Shown: positions 1-9,723, numbered from the stretch's first letter. The stretch: 64,000 bases of DNA from Chloroflexota bacterium (GCA_963662335.2 CAXXVD010000004.1:64001-128000); one strand, 5' to 3'. The notes: generated by a model not told the origin, from the letters alone. Translations and numbers: made by a program.

Positions 1-1483
1 CAGGCGGAAAGAGGATCACATCGCGTATCGAGGCGCTATTCGTCAAGAGCATGGCCATGCGGTCGATGCCGATGCCGATGCCCCCGGTCGGCGGCATACC
101 GTACTCCAACGCCAGGAGAAAGTCCTCGTCGAGGGGCTGCGCCTCTTCGTCACCGGCGGCGCGTTCTTTCGCCTGTTCCTCGAAGCGCGCGCGCTGGTCC
201 AGCGGGTCGTTCAGTTCGCTAAAAGCGTTGGCAATCTCCAGGCCGCCTACGAACGCCTCGAACCGCTCCACCAGGCGCGGGTCGTCCTCCCGCCGCTTGG
301 CGAGCGGCGAAAGCGACACCGGGTAGTCGAGAAGAAGCGTCGGCTGCACGAGATCCGGCTCCACGCATTCCGACAGCAGTTCATCCACCAGCGTCGCCCA
401 CGTCACGCGCTCCGGCGCGCCAATGCCGCACGCCTGCACCTGCGCCAGCAAGTCATCCGTTTCGCGATGCGCGTACACGTCGATGCCGGTGGCAGTCTCG
501 ATGGCCTCGTGCAGCCGGATGCGCTGCCACGGCGGCGTGAAGTCCAGCACGTCATCCCCGTACGGCACGCGCGGCGAGCCATGCACGGCGACGGCAACGT
601 CATGGTAGAGTTGCTCCAGCAGGGACATCATGTCCGTGTAGTCGGCGTACGCCTGGTAGGCTTCCAGCATCGTGAACTCAGGATTGTGGTCCCGGTCCAT
701 GCCCTCGTTGCGAAAGGTGCGGCCGATCTCGTACACGCGCTCGAACCCGCCAATCAAGCAGCGCTTGAGATAGAGTTCGGTGGCAATCCGCAGGTAGAAG
801 CCTTGGTCCAGCGCGTTGTGGTGGGTGACGAACGGGCGGGCAAACGCGCCGCCGTAGAGCGGCTGCAAGACCGGCGTTTCCACTTCCAGGTAGTCGCGCG
901 CGTCGAAGAAGGCGCGCACTTCCCGCACCACCCGGCTGCGCAGCGCGAATGTGCGCCGCACGTCTTCATTCGCCGCCAGGTCCAGGTAGCGGCGGCGCAG
1001 GCGGGTTTCGGTGTCGCGCAGGCCGTGATATTTCTCCGGCGGATTCTGCAGCGCCTTGGCCAGCATGACAGTGCGGTGGACCTCGAGCGTCTGCTCGCCC
1101 GTGCGCGTGCGAAAGAGCGTGCCCTCCGCGCCTATGATGTCGCCCAGGTCATAGAGGTCTCTGACGGTCGCGTACGCCTCCTCGCCGAGGATATTGAGGC
1201 GCAGGTAGAGTTGAATGCGGCCGGAAGCGTCGCCGACGTGGGCAAAGGACGCCTTGCCCATCTTGCGGACGGTGAGGATGCGGCCGGCGAGGCGAACTGT
1301 TTCCCCCGAAGCGGCCAGTTCCTCGAAGCCGTCGAGCGCCTCTTGCGCCGTATGCGTGCGGTGGAAGCGCAGAGGATACGGCTCAATGCCCTGTGCGCGC
1401 AAGGCTTCGAGCTTGCGGAGGCGAAAGTCTTCCGGCGCATGGCGTGAGTGGTCTGCGTCTTTGACGAAGTCAGACGATTCCGT
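1..1483 (-). CDS. lysS: Lysine--tRNA ligase (class II), 3' end runs off window; start uncertain (ACG at 1483 or TTG at 1402)
   Basis: Manual translation: RKLEALRAQGIEPYP, RKMGKASF, LEVETPVLQ..YGGAFARPFVTHHNALD, LRIATELYLKR, FRNEGMDRDHNPEFTMLEAY, EYGMPPTGGIGIGIDR, IRDVILFP. Confidence 0.97.
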
Positions 1484-1485
1484 GG

Positions 1486-1950
1486 CTACTTCACCTCTTG
1501 TATCGTGTACGTCAACGTGCCGGCCGGCACCTGGACGGTTACCTCTTCGCCGATGCGGTGGCCCATCAGCGCGTGACCCACCGGGCTTTCATTGGAGATG
1601 CGATTTTCCAGGGGATCGGCCTCCGGCGCGCCGACGATGGTAAACGTCTCGCGGTTGCCGTCTGCATCCGTCACCACGACCGTTGCCCCGAGGTCTACCT
1701 CGGCGCTGGCGTGGTGTTCGGAGACTACCGCATCCCTGAGGACGTGCTCGATTTCGAGAATGCGGCCCTCGACGAAGGCCTGTTCCTGCTTCGCCTCGTT
1801 GTACTCGCCCATGTCGGAGAGATCCCCGCCGAATTCCATGGCCTCATGGATCCGCTTCACGATTTCAGGTCGCCGTACGGCCTTGAGTTCCTCCAGTTCA
1901 TGGAGAAGATTGTCTCTGCCTTGCGGCGTCAGCATATGCTGCTCCGCCAT
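1486..1950 (-). CDS. greA: Transcription elongation factor GreA
   Basis: GDLSDMGEYNEAKQEQAFVEGRI and ISNESPVGHALMG motifs; GAGGAGG SD before ATG 1950. Confidence 0.95.
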   Translation of the reverse strand: MAEQHMLTPQGRDNLLHELEELKAVRRPEIVKRIHEAMEFGGDLSDMGEYNEAKQEQAFVEGRILEIEHVLRDAVVSEHHASAEVDLGATVVVTDADGNRETFTIVGAPEADPLENRISNESPVGHALMGHRIGEEVTVQVPAGTLTYTIQEVK

Positions 1951-2132
1951 GCCCGCACCCTCCTCAAAAAAGAATATGACGGAAAAGAGGCCTGCGCCGG
2001 TCACTCTTTTCCAGTCATCCGTATCGTATCAGGTTGTAACGTCTGCGGTCAATGGCGCGGACGAATTGCCGCGCCGCTGCTGCGAGGCCGGCCTATCGCG
2101 CGCAGCCGCCTGGCCGGGCCTGCAACTGACGG

Positions 2133-2205
2133 CGCCCCCAGCGGGAATCGAACCCGCGTTACAGGCTTGAAAGGCCTGCGTCCTGGGCCACTAGACGATG
2201 GGGGC
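2133..2205 (-). tRNA. tRNA-Glu (TTC); CCA end not encoded (followed by CCG)
   Basis: GCCCCCATCGTCTAGTGGCCCAGGACGCAGGCCTTTCAAGCCTGTAACGCGGGTTCGATTCCCGCTGGGGGCG folds as a cloverleaf with GGTTCGA T-loop and TTC anticodon. Confidence 0.96.
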
Positions 2206-2357
2206 GAGTCGCACACAGTTCACTTTTCCAGTATACCGTAGAATGACGATTCTGCGAAATCTTACCGCCGCCCGGCAAAGCCTGCTAACGGACAACGCTG
2301 CTCGCCCGCCTCCCTTCACACGCTGCGCAGGCACGGCATGCCCGCCCTCAATAGGAT

Positions 2358-2386
2358 TTGACAGAAAAACGAAGGGGGTGTACGAT
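2358..2386 (+). promoter_or_regulatory. Sigma70-type promoter of SBP paralogue 1
   Basis: TTGACA-17 nt-TACGAT, 40 nt upstream of the ATG. Confidence 0.7.
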
Positions 2387-2425
2387 TTCGGCAGTATCGA
2401 CCTGGAGCGATGCAAGGAGCGCATG

Positions 2426-3817
2426 ATGGAACGTGCACAGCGATTCTCCCGGCGGTCTATTCTGGGTGGGATGGCAAGCCTTGGCTTGGGCAGCGCGGCG
2501 CTGGCCGCCTGCGGCCAAGTGGCCACCGCCCCCGCGGACGCGCCCGCGGCGGAAGAGCCGGAACCGGAACCGACGGCGGCGCCCGAGGCCATGGAGCCGA
2601 CGGTCATCAAGTACATGCACTACACCACACAGCAGCAGGTGTGGGATGACACGTACGGCGGCGTCATCAGCCGCTATGAAGAGCGCAACCCGGACGTTAA
2701 GGTGGAGCTTGACCTCGTTTCGGGCGGGCTGACGAACTTGTCGGAAAAGGCGGTATCGACGCACGCGGCAGGAATAACGTACGACATGTACTATGGCTGG
2801 TTCGGCTATATCAGCCAGTTCGCCACTGCCGAGATCATCCAGCCGCTCGATGCTCTCGTCGCGAAGGATGCCGCGTTCGATCTCTCCGAGTACTACGACT
2901 TTGCCTTGGAGAAGATCAACGGCAGGCTGTACGGCATCGCCTGGTTCATGGGCGCACGCACTATCTGGTACAACGCCGACCTCATGACGAACGCAGGTGT
3001 CGATTCGCCGAGCAAGTTGGATGCCGAAGGGAAGTTCACCTGGGACGCGCTGGCGGAGCTTTCTACAAAACTGACCACCCACGAGGGCGCTAATGTTTCC
3101 CAGTGGGGTCTATACTTTGGCGGCAATCGCCCCGACCGCATTCTCATTGCGCTCAAGTCGTGGGGAGCGGACTGGTGGAATGAGGACTTCAGCGGCGCGG
3201 CCGTTAATTCGGCAGCCGCCGCGGACGCAGTGCAAGCTGTGCTTGATCTTGTCGTGAAGCATCAGGTACACCCTCCGCAAAATCGCAAAGAGACCGACGT
3301 GGCGCCTTCCTTTAACGAGCAGAAACTCGCCATGGTCCTCAACGGCCCCTGGTACACGCGGTCGATCAACCAACAGATCTACGAGGGAGAAACGCCGTTT
3401 AATGTCGAGCTGGCTTCAGTGCCAGTCGGCCCGGGCGGACGCGGGACACCTATGCTCCTCAACGCATTCTGGATCGCGAGCACCTCGCCTGACCCCGATA
3501 CAACCTGGGACTTCTACAAGTATCTGATTAGCGAGGAGGTGCAACCGGACTGGGCGAACTTGGGCGGCGGCCGCTTCCCGGCCAACCGTACGTACGCGCC
3601 GGTGGTGCAGTATCCCTTCGAGAGCATAGAGACGTATCAAGCAATAGCTGAGGTCGGGATCCCCTTACGTCAGGTTGTCAAGCAGTCTGACGTCAACGGC
3701 GCGTGGGGCGAACTCTGGGGCCAGATGGAAGAAGGGCAGAAGACCGTGGCGGAGTCTTTGGCCGAAATTCACCAAGTGGCCGACAACGCGCTGAAAGAGG
3801 GTGGCTGCATCTGCTAG
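2426..3817 (+). CDS. ABC-type extracellular solute-binding lipoprotein (family 1, sugar-binding-like), Tat signal
   Basis: SRRSILG twin-arginine motif, LAAC lipobox, Pro/Glu linker, WYNADL and MVLNGPW SBP-like motifs; AGGAG SD; C-terminus EGGCIC. Confidence 0.88.
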   Translation: MERAQRFSRRSILGGMASLGLGSAALAACGQVATAPADAPAAEEPEPEPTAAPEAMEPTVIKYMHYTTQQQVWDDTYGGVISRYEERNPDVKVELDLVSGGLTNLSEKAVSTHAAGITYDMYYGWFGYISQFATAEIIQPLDALVAKDAAFDLSEYYDFALEKINGRLYGIAWFMGARTIWYNADLMTNAGVDSPSKLDAEGKFTWDALAELSTKLTTHEGANVSQWGLYFGGNRPDRILIALKSWGADWWNEDFSGAAVNSAAAADAVQAVLDLVVKHQVHPPQNRKETDVAPSFNEQKLAMVLNGPWYTRSINQQIYEGETPFNVELASVPVGPGGRGTPMLLNAFWIASTSPDPDTTWDFYKYLISEEVQPDWANLGGGRFPANRTYAPVVQYPFESIETYQAIAEVGIPLRQVVKQSDVNGAWGELWGQMEEGQKTVAESLAEIHQVADNALKEGGCIC

Positions 3818-4073
3818 GGCAGCGGAGAGCTAATCCCGCCTGTTACACTTTTTGGAAGTGCAGGGTGAACGGAGGAGAGGGCGCAATCCGTTTGCCCTAC
3901 GCCAACCTCGGTTCGCATGACGAGCCACGCTCCGGCAAAGCGATAGAGCACGAGGTGGCTTGTTCGATGTAGCCGGGCAGGCCGCTGTCCGTGATCCCAT
4001 CGGAGAGACTGCGTTAGTCAAGGATGGGGCGGGGCCCAAGCAAACTGCCTTGCGGTCGGAACAGGCGTCCGAA

Positions 4074-4090
4074 ATAATGTGCAACATTAT
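4074..4090. promoter_or_regulatory. Palindromic operator candidate (Fur-family-like)
   Basis: Perfect 7-3-7 inverted repeat ATAATGT-gca-ACATTAT upstream of the paralogue 2 promoter. Confidence 0.4.
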
Positions 4091-4123
4091 GCGGCCACTG
4101 CCAGCATTTCCGCAGGTCTTAGT

Positions 4124-4155
4124 TTGACGGCACAAGAAGGGGGGGGGGGTAAAAT
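4124..4155 (+). promoter_or_regulatory. Sigma70-type promoter of SBP paralogue 2 with G11 tract in the spacer
   Basis: TTGACG-20 nt-TAAAAT; G run at 4139-4149; positionally homologous to the promoter at 2358-2386. Confidence 0.6.
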
Positions 4156-4194
4156 TCAGCCAGTTTCGCCGCGAATAATGGCAAGGAGAGCATT

Positions 4195-5589
4195 ATGCGA
4201 ACTGCAGAGCGATTTTCCCGTCGGTCTATTCTGGCTGGCGCGGCAAGTTTGGGCATAGGCGGAATAGCCCTGGCAGCTTGCGGCCAGGTGGCTCCCGCTC
4301 CCGCAGACGCGCCCGAAACCAAAGAGGAGCCGGAACCGGAACCGACGGCAGCGCCCGAGGCCATGGAGCCGACGGTCATCAAGTACATGCACTTCACCAC
4401 GCAGCAGGAAGTGTGGGACGAGACCTACGGCGCGGTCATCGGCCGCTATGAAGAGCGCAATCCGGATGTCACGGTCGAGCTTGACATCGTTACCTGGCCG
4501 TTGACGGCGGTGGCGGAGAAAGCCGTGGCCGCCAGCGCGGCGGGCATCTCCTACGACATGTACTACGGCTGGTTCGGCTACATCAGCCAGTTTGCCACCG
4601 CGGACATCATCCAGCCGCTCGACCCGTTCATCGCGAAGGACGCCGACGTCGATCTATCCGAGTACTACGAAGGCGCTCTCGAGCGGATCGGCGGCAATTT
4701 GTACGGCATTGCGTGGTTCCTGGGCGCCCGGTCCATCTGGTACAACGACGACATCATGACCAACGAGGGACTCACCTCTCCCGCCGACCTGGATGCCGCG
4801 GGCAACCTGAATTGGGACACCCTTACCGAGTTGGCAACGAAACTGACTACCCGCGAGGGCGCGAACGTGACGCGCTGGGGTCTGAGTTTCAATGGCAACG
4901 CCCATTCCAGCATCGTGATCGCGTTGAAGTCCTGGGGCGCCGGCTGGTGGAACGAGGACTTTACCGCCCCTGCCATTGATTCCCCCGAGGCAGCCGAGGC
5001 CGTGCAAACCGTGCTGGACCACGTCGTCAAGCATCAGGTGCATCCGCCGCTCGCCCGGAAGGAAACCGACGTTTCGCCGAACTTTACCGAGCAGAAACTC
5101 GGCATGGTCCTGACCGGTCCTTGGTACACGCGGACCATCAATCAAGAAATCGTGGAGGGGCAGACGCCTTTCAACGTCGATTTGGCAAACGTCCCGTTGG
5201 GACCTGCCGGTCGCGGCACGCCCTTGTTGATCAATGCCTTTTGGATCGCCCGCAGCTCGCCCCAGCCGGATGCGACGTGGGACCTATACAAGTACCTCAT
5301 CAGTGAAGAAGTGCAACCAGACTGGGCGAATCTGGGCGGCGGCCGCTTCCCGCCAAACCGCACCTACACACCGGCTGTGCAGTATCCCTTCGAGAACGTA
5401 GAAACGTACAAGGCGATTGCCGATGTGAGCATTCCTTTGCGCCAGGCGGTACAGCAGGCCGACATCAACGGCGCCTGGTCGGAGCTTTGGGGACAGATGG
5501 AAGCGGGCGAAAAGACCGTAGCGGAGGCCATCGCCGAGGCCCAACAGGTTTCGGCAATTGCGCTGCAAGAGGGCGGCTGCATCTGCTAG
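4195..5589 (+). CDS. ABC-type extracellular solute-binding lipoprotein, paralogue of 2426-3817
   Basis: SRRSILA Tat motif, LAAC lipobox, colinear and highly similar to the upstream gene, same EGGCIC C-terminus. Confidence 0.88.
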   Translation: MRTAERFSRRSILAGAASLGIGGIALAACGQVAPAPADAPETKEEPEPEPTAAPEAMEPTVIKYMHFTTQQEVWDETYGAVIGRYEERNPDVTVELDIVTWPLTAVAEKAVAASAAGISYDMYYGWFGYISQFATADIIQPLDPFIAKDADVDLSEYYEGALERIGGNLYGIAWFLGARSIWYNDDIMTNEGLTSPADLDAAGNLNWDTLTELATKLTTREGANVTRWGLSFNGNAHSSIVIALKSWGAGWWNEDFTAPAIDSPEAAEAVQTVLDHVVKHQVHPPLARKETDVSPNFTEQKLGMVLTGPWYTRTINQEIVEGQTPFNVDLANVPLGPAGRGTPLLINAFWIARSSPQPDATWDLYKYLISEEVQPDWANLGGGRFPPNRTYTPAVQYPFENVETYKAIADVSIPLRQAVQQADINGAWSELWGQMEAGEKTVAEAIAEAQQVSAIALQEGGCIC

Positions 5590-5680
5590 GCTGCCGCTAG
5601 ACTATTCGGAAACACGCGCAGTGATAGGCGCCAGAGTGTGGGCGCCTGTCACCGCTATGACGACAAGAGGAGCATAACCC

Positions 5681-6949
5681 ATGGCGATCAAGACCCCCAT
5701 CGATACGCGGCTCGCGATTGAAGGCGGCACGCCGGTGCGGTCGGCGGACGACCCTCTGCCCGAGATCTTCCCCCGCGACGTGCCGCAGGAATCCTACGAC
5801 AACATCCGGGAAGTCCTGGAGAAGGGCTTGTCTTCCGGCTACTTGCCGCGCTTCGAGCAGGAGTTTGCCGAGGTCAACGGCGCGAAGTACTGCGTCTCCC
5901 TGGCAAACTGCACGGCCACGCTGCACACCATCATCGCGGCGATGGACATCGGGCCGGGCAAAGAGGTTATCGTAAATCCGATTACTGACCTTGGCTCGGT
6001 GGCCGGCATCATGGCGCAGGGCGCGATTCCCATCTTCCCGGACGTGGACATCCGCACCGGCAACGTGACCGCCGAGACGATCGAAAAGGTCATCTCGGAG
6101 CGCACGGCGGCCATCATCGCCGTCCACTGGTACGGGCTGCTCTGCCCCATGGACGACATCGTGGCGCTGGCAAAGAAGCACAACATCCTGTTGGTCGAGG
6201 ACGTATGCCAGGCGCCGTTGGCCAAGTACAAGGGCCGCAACGCCGGCACGCTGGGCGACGTGGGCGCGTTCTCGTTCGATGCCGAAAAGCACCTCTCCGG
6301 CGGCCACGGCGGCGCGCTGCTCACCGACAACAAGGACATTGCCGACCGCGTCTACCTGTTTGGGGTCTCGCGCGGTGGCGTGCGTGTCCCGCGCTACGGT
6401 CGCAAGCACGTGCGCTTCGGCCTGAACATGCGTTTCGGCGAGTTGGAGGCAGCCTTCGTGCTGGGCATGCTGCACATTCTCGAAGAGCAGAACCAGCGCC
6501 GCCGCGAGACTGCCGCCGCCCTCAGCCAGCGGATTCTCGATGACATTCCTGGATTGACTCCGCCCTATATTCCCGAGGGGGCCGACCACATCTACTGGTA
6601 CTACTACCTGCACGTGGATCCCACTGCCTTTACCTGCGGCCTCTGGGATCTCTCCGATGCGCTCATGGCCGAGGGCCTGAAAGCCGAACCCGGCCCCTGG
6701 CAGCTGGTGCCCGACAGCCACACGTTCTTGCACACCAAGACGACGGTGGCCGGCGAATCCCACTGGCCGTGGGACCATCCCATGAACGAGTTTGCCAAGG
6801 ACATCGAGTACAGCGCCGACATGGTGCCAATCGCCAAAGAGCACGTGGACACCACCATCCGCTGGAACTGGACGGACAAGTACACCGACCGGGACGTGGA
6901 GGACATGGCGACGATTCTGGCAAAGGTGACGGATCGCTACCGGGCGTAG
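5681..6949 (+). CDS. DegT/DnrJ/EryC1/StrS family PLP aminotransferase
   Basis: LAIEGGTPVR N-terminus, VEDVCQA, FSFDAEKHL (PLP lysine); GAGGAG SD. Confidence 0.9.
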   Translation: MAIKTPIDTRLAIEGGTPVRSADDPLPEIFPRDVPQESYDNIREVLEKGLSSGYLPRFEQEFAEVNGAKYCVSLANCTATLHTIIAAMDIGPGKEVIVNPITDLGSVAGIMAQGAIPIFPDVDIRTGNVTAETIEKVISERTAAIIAVHWYGLLCPMDDIVALAKKHNILLVEDVCQAPLAKYKGRNAGTLGDVGAFSFDAEKHLSGGHGGALLTDNKDIADRVYLFGVSRGGVRVPRYGRKHVRFGLNMRFGELEAAFVLGMLHILEEQNQRRRETAAALSQRILDDIPGLTPPYIPEGADHIYWYYYLHVDPTAFTCGLWDLSDALMAEGLKAEPGPWQLVPDSHTFLHTKTTVAGESHWPWDHPMNEFAKDIEYSADMVPIAKEHVDTTIRWNWTDKYTDRDVEDMATILAKVTDRYRA

Positions 6950-6950
6950 C

Positions 6951-7368
6951 GCCGTTCGCGCTGAGCCTGTCGAAGCGCGAGGGTTGAGCACGGTCGCCAG
7001 CCGTTCGCGCTGAGCCTATGGGAGCGCCGCCGGTGGGCGTTGGCTGGCTCTGTTCGGTTGAGTTCGCTCCGTTCACCCTTCGACAGGCTCAGGGCGAACG
7101 GAAAGAGCGAATACGGAAAGAGCAAGAGCGGAAGCCGCGCCGCCAGCCGTTCGCGCTGAGCCTATGGGAGCGCCGCCGGTGGGCGTTGGCTGGCTCTGTT
7201 CGCAAGGGTCCGTTCCGTTCACCCTTCGACAAGCTCAGGGCGAACGGAAAGAGGAAAACGGAAAGAGCAAGAGCGGCAGCCACGCCGCCCGCCGTTCGCG
7301 CTGAGCCTGTCGAAGCGCAAGCGGTGAGCAACGCCGCCCGCCGTTCGCGCTGAGCCTGTCGAAGCGCG
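6951..7368. repeat. REP-like palindrome cluster (CCGTTCGCGCTGAGCCTGTCGAAG / CTTCGACAGGCTCAGGGCGAACGG family) with a ~110-bp direct duplication
   Basis: About seven copies in both orientations; near-identical segments at ~6995-7105 and ~7141-7252. Confidence 0.85.
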
Positions 7369-7396
7369 GGCATTGCAGTGGAAAGGGTCTAAGCGC

Positions 7397-8302
7397 ATGT
7401 ACCCAAACGGCGCTCAGTTTTGTCTGAGCCTGACGTTCGACATCGAGATGTCCTACAACTTTCCCTATTGGACGTCCGACTATCCGGACTACGGCGCGAT
7501 CGACCCCCACGTCAAGCAGTACGTCCACCAAATGCTCGACGTGGCCAAGAAGTACGGCGTCAAGTTCCAGTTCTTCGTGGTAGGCAGCGCGTTGGAAGAC
7601 CCGGACGTGGACTATCTCAAGCGGCTGGTGGCCGAGGGGCACGCGCTCGACAACCACACGTACAGCCACGTAAACGTCAAGGCGCAACGGGTCGCGAACC
7701 TGCACCCGTCGTACAAGCGCGCCCCCTGGCGGGCCGGCGGCCTCTCGCCACTAGAGTGCCTGCGCCATGAGATTAGGCAGACGAGCAGCGGCTTGCGCGA
7801 GCGGCTGGGCGTTGAAACGACCGGCTTCCGCACGCCGGGCGCTTTCCCCAACGGCCTACAGGATACGCCGGCCGTGCAGGCGCTCCTCCAAGAAGAGGGC
7901 TTTCGGTTTGCCTCCGCGCATTACCAGTGCCCCACGGAACGCGCCTGGCGTCCGCCCCGCGCGGAACTGGAAGCCGCCGTGCGCCTCAGCCTCGACACCC
8001 TTCAGCCCTACCGCTACCCCAGCGGCCTGCCGGAAATTCCGATGATGGGCATGAGCGACGCCATTGCCTTCCGCTCCCTGGACTTGGATCGCTGGGAGTA
8101 CATCCACCTGGCGACCGTTGCGGTTGATCACGCGCACGAAAACGGTCAGACCCTCAGCCTCTTAGCGCATCCTTCGTATCTCGCCGCCCGCGATCCCCAC
8201 TGTGATATGCTGAACACCGTGCTGCGCCGCGCGCTCGATAAGCCCGGCGGCTGTTGGGTCGCCACCAACCGGCAGGTCAACGACGTCGTGCTGGCGGCCT
8301 GA
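7397..8302 (+). CDS. Polysaccharide deacetylase (CE4/NodB-like) family protein
   Basis: LSLTFDIE, GHALDNHTYSH, GFRTPG and LLAHP motifs. Confidence 0.85.
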   Translation: MYPNGAQFCLSLTFDIEMSYNFPYWTSDYPDYGAIDPHVKQYVHQMLDVAKKYGVKFQFFVVGSALEDPDVDYLKRLVAEGHALDNHTYSHVNVKAQRVANLHPSYKRAPWRAGGLSPLECLRHEIRQTSSGLRERLGVETTGFRTPGAFPNGLQDTPAVQALLQEEGFRFASAHYQCPTERAWRPPRAELEAAVRLSLDTLQPYRYPSGLPEIPMMGMSDAIAFRSLDLDRWEYIHLATVAVDHAHENGQTLSLLAHPSYLAARDPHCDMLNTVLRRALDKPGGCWVATNRQVNDVVLAA

Positions 8303-8472
8303 GCGCAGATCGTGGCAAGCCGGTAGGTTTCAGGGCAATGCGCCGCCGGCCTGCCGTCAAAGTCTCGCTTGGCTTGCCGCGGCGGCCGCGCGTCCTGCCC
8401 GCAATTGGCGCAAGTATCGTATCCTCTATAGTGATTCGTGTGCGGTAAAGCGCGTGCAGAAAGGGTAGTCGG

Positions 8473-9723
8473 GTGACCGCCATCGACCCAGACGTTCAGT
8501 GGTTGCAGTGCGTCCGGTGCGACGCGCGCTTTGCAATTGGGACGTACCAATTTGGCTGTCCGCAGTGCTTCCAAGAGGGGCGGCAAGGCCCGCTAGACTT
8601 TCGCGTGGATCTGGCAGACGGCGTGCCCGCCGGCTTTCAAGCCGCCTGGGACGCCGGGCCGGGGCACAATGTCTGGCGCTACGGCGACCTGCTGCCGGCG
8701 GCAGGTGACCCGCTGAGCCTGGACGAAGGCGGGACACCGCTCACCCTTCTCGCCGACGTGAGCGACGAACTCGGTCTCCGGGTTTACGTCAAGAACGAGA
8801 CCATGAACCCCACCTGGTCGTTCAAGGACCGCCACGCCGCCGTCAATGTCACCCTGGCGCGCCAACTCGGCTTTGAAAAGGTGGTGGCCTCATCCACCGG
8901 CAACGCCGGCCAGGCGGTGGCGGCCTACGCGGCGCTGGCGGGACTGCGCGCGCTCATCATCGGCTACCCCACCTCGTCGGAATTGCTCCGCCGCGTGATG
9001 CAGATCCACGGCGCAAGTGTTGTCACCATGCCCAAGCGCGAGATTGGCGGCATGATGCGCGAGTTGGTCGAGAATCACGGCTGGTTGCCGGTGGGTTCGT
9101 CCGACCCCAATCCGCTCGCCAGTCCCTACGGCGTTACGGGCTACAAGACCATCGGCTACGAAATCGCGAGCGCTCTCGGCGCGGCGCCTGACGCCATCCT
9201 CGTGCCCACCGGTGGCGGGGACGGCCTCTACGGCGTCTGGCGCGGGCTTACCGATCTGCGCGCAATGGGCCTTATAGAAAACCTGCCGCGCCTGGTGGGC
9301 TGTCAGACCGCGGCCACGCACCCGCTGCTGCACGCGCTCACGCACAACCGCAGCGAAATCGAGCCACAGCCGGAGCCGGAATCCCTTGCCACGTCCATCA
9401 TCGAAGGGCGCTGCGGCGTGCACGCCTTGCGCGCGCTCCGCGCCTCCGGCGGCACGGCCACGGCGGTCACGGAGGACGAGTTGCGCCAGGCGATCCGGCG
9501 CATGGCGGGCCGCGGCTTCTTCTTCGAAAGCGCCTCGCTCGCCACCATCGCCAGCCTCTTCCGGCTGCACGGAGAAGGCTACTTTACGCCGGGCGAGACC
9601 GTCGTGTGCGTCATTACCGGCTCCGGCGTCAAGTGGCCGGACGTGATCAATCAGGTTGCGCCGGCCGCGCCGCACCTGGAAGAGCCGAGCATCGGCGCTC
9701 TCGCTGATGTCATGGAACTGTGA
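8473..9723 (+). CDS. Threonine synthase-like PLP-dependent enzyme (fold type II)
   Basis: N-terminal CxxC..CxxC, LDEGGTPL, NPTWSFKDR, SSTGNAG, VPTGGGD, CVITGSG. Confidence 0.85.
   Translation: MTAIDPDVQWLQCVRCDARFAIGTYQFGCPQCFQEGRQGPLDFRVDLADGVPAGFQAAWDAGPGHNVWRYGDLLPAAGDPLSLDEGGTPLTLLADVSDELGLRVYVKNETMNPTWSFKDRHAAVNVTLARQLGFEKVVASSTGNAGQAVAAYAALAGLRALIIGYPTSSELLRRVMQIHGASVVTMPKREIGGMMRELVENHGWLPVGSSDPNPLASPYGVTGYKTIGYEIASALGAAPDAILVPTGGGDGLYGVWRGLTDLRAMGLIENLPRLVGCQTAATHPLLHALTHNRSEIEPQPEPESLATSIIEGRCGVHALRALRASGGTATAVTEDELRQAIRRMAGRGFFFESASLATIASLFRLHGEGYFTPGETVVCVITGSGVKWPDVINQVAPAAPHLEEPSIGALADVMEL

Noticed and set aside
467-1447. Long plus-strand ORF (and similar antisense ORFs such as 5597-6991, 11188-12642, 51496-53244)
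   Set aside because: Shadow ORFs opposite well-supported genes in GC-rich DNA.
6951-7368. Possible CRISPR array
   Set aside because: Repeats occur in both orientations with irregular, partly duplicated spacers, and no cas genes are present; this fits REP/BIME.
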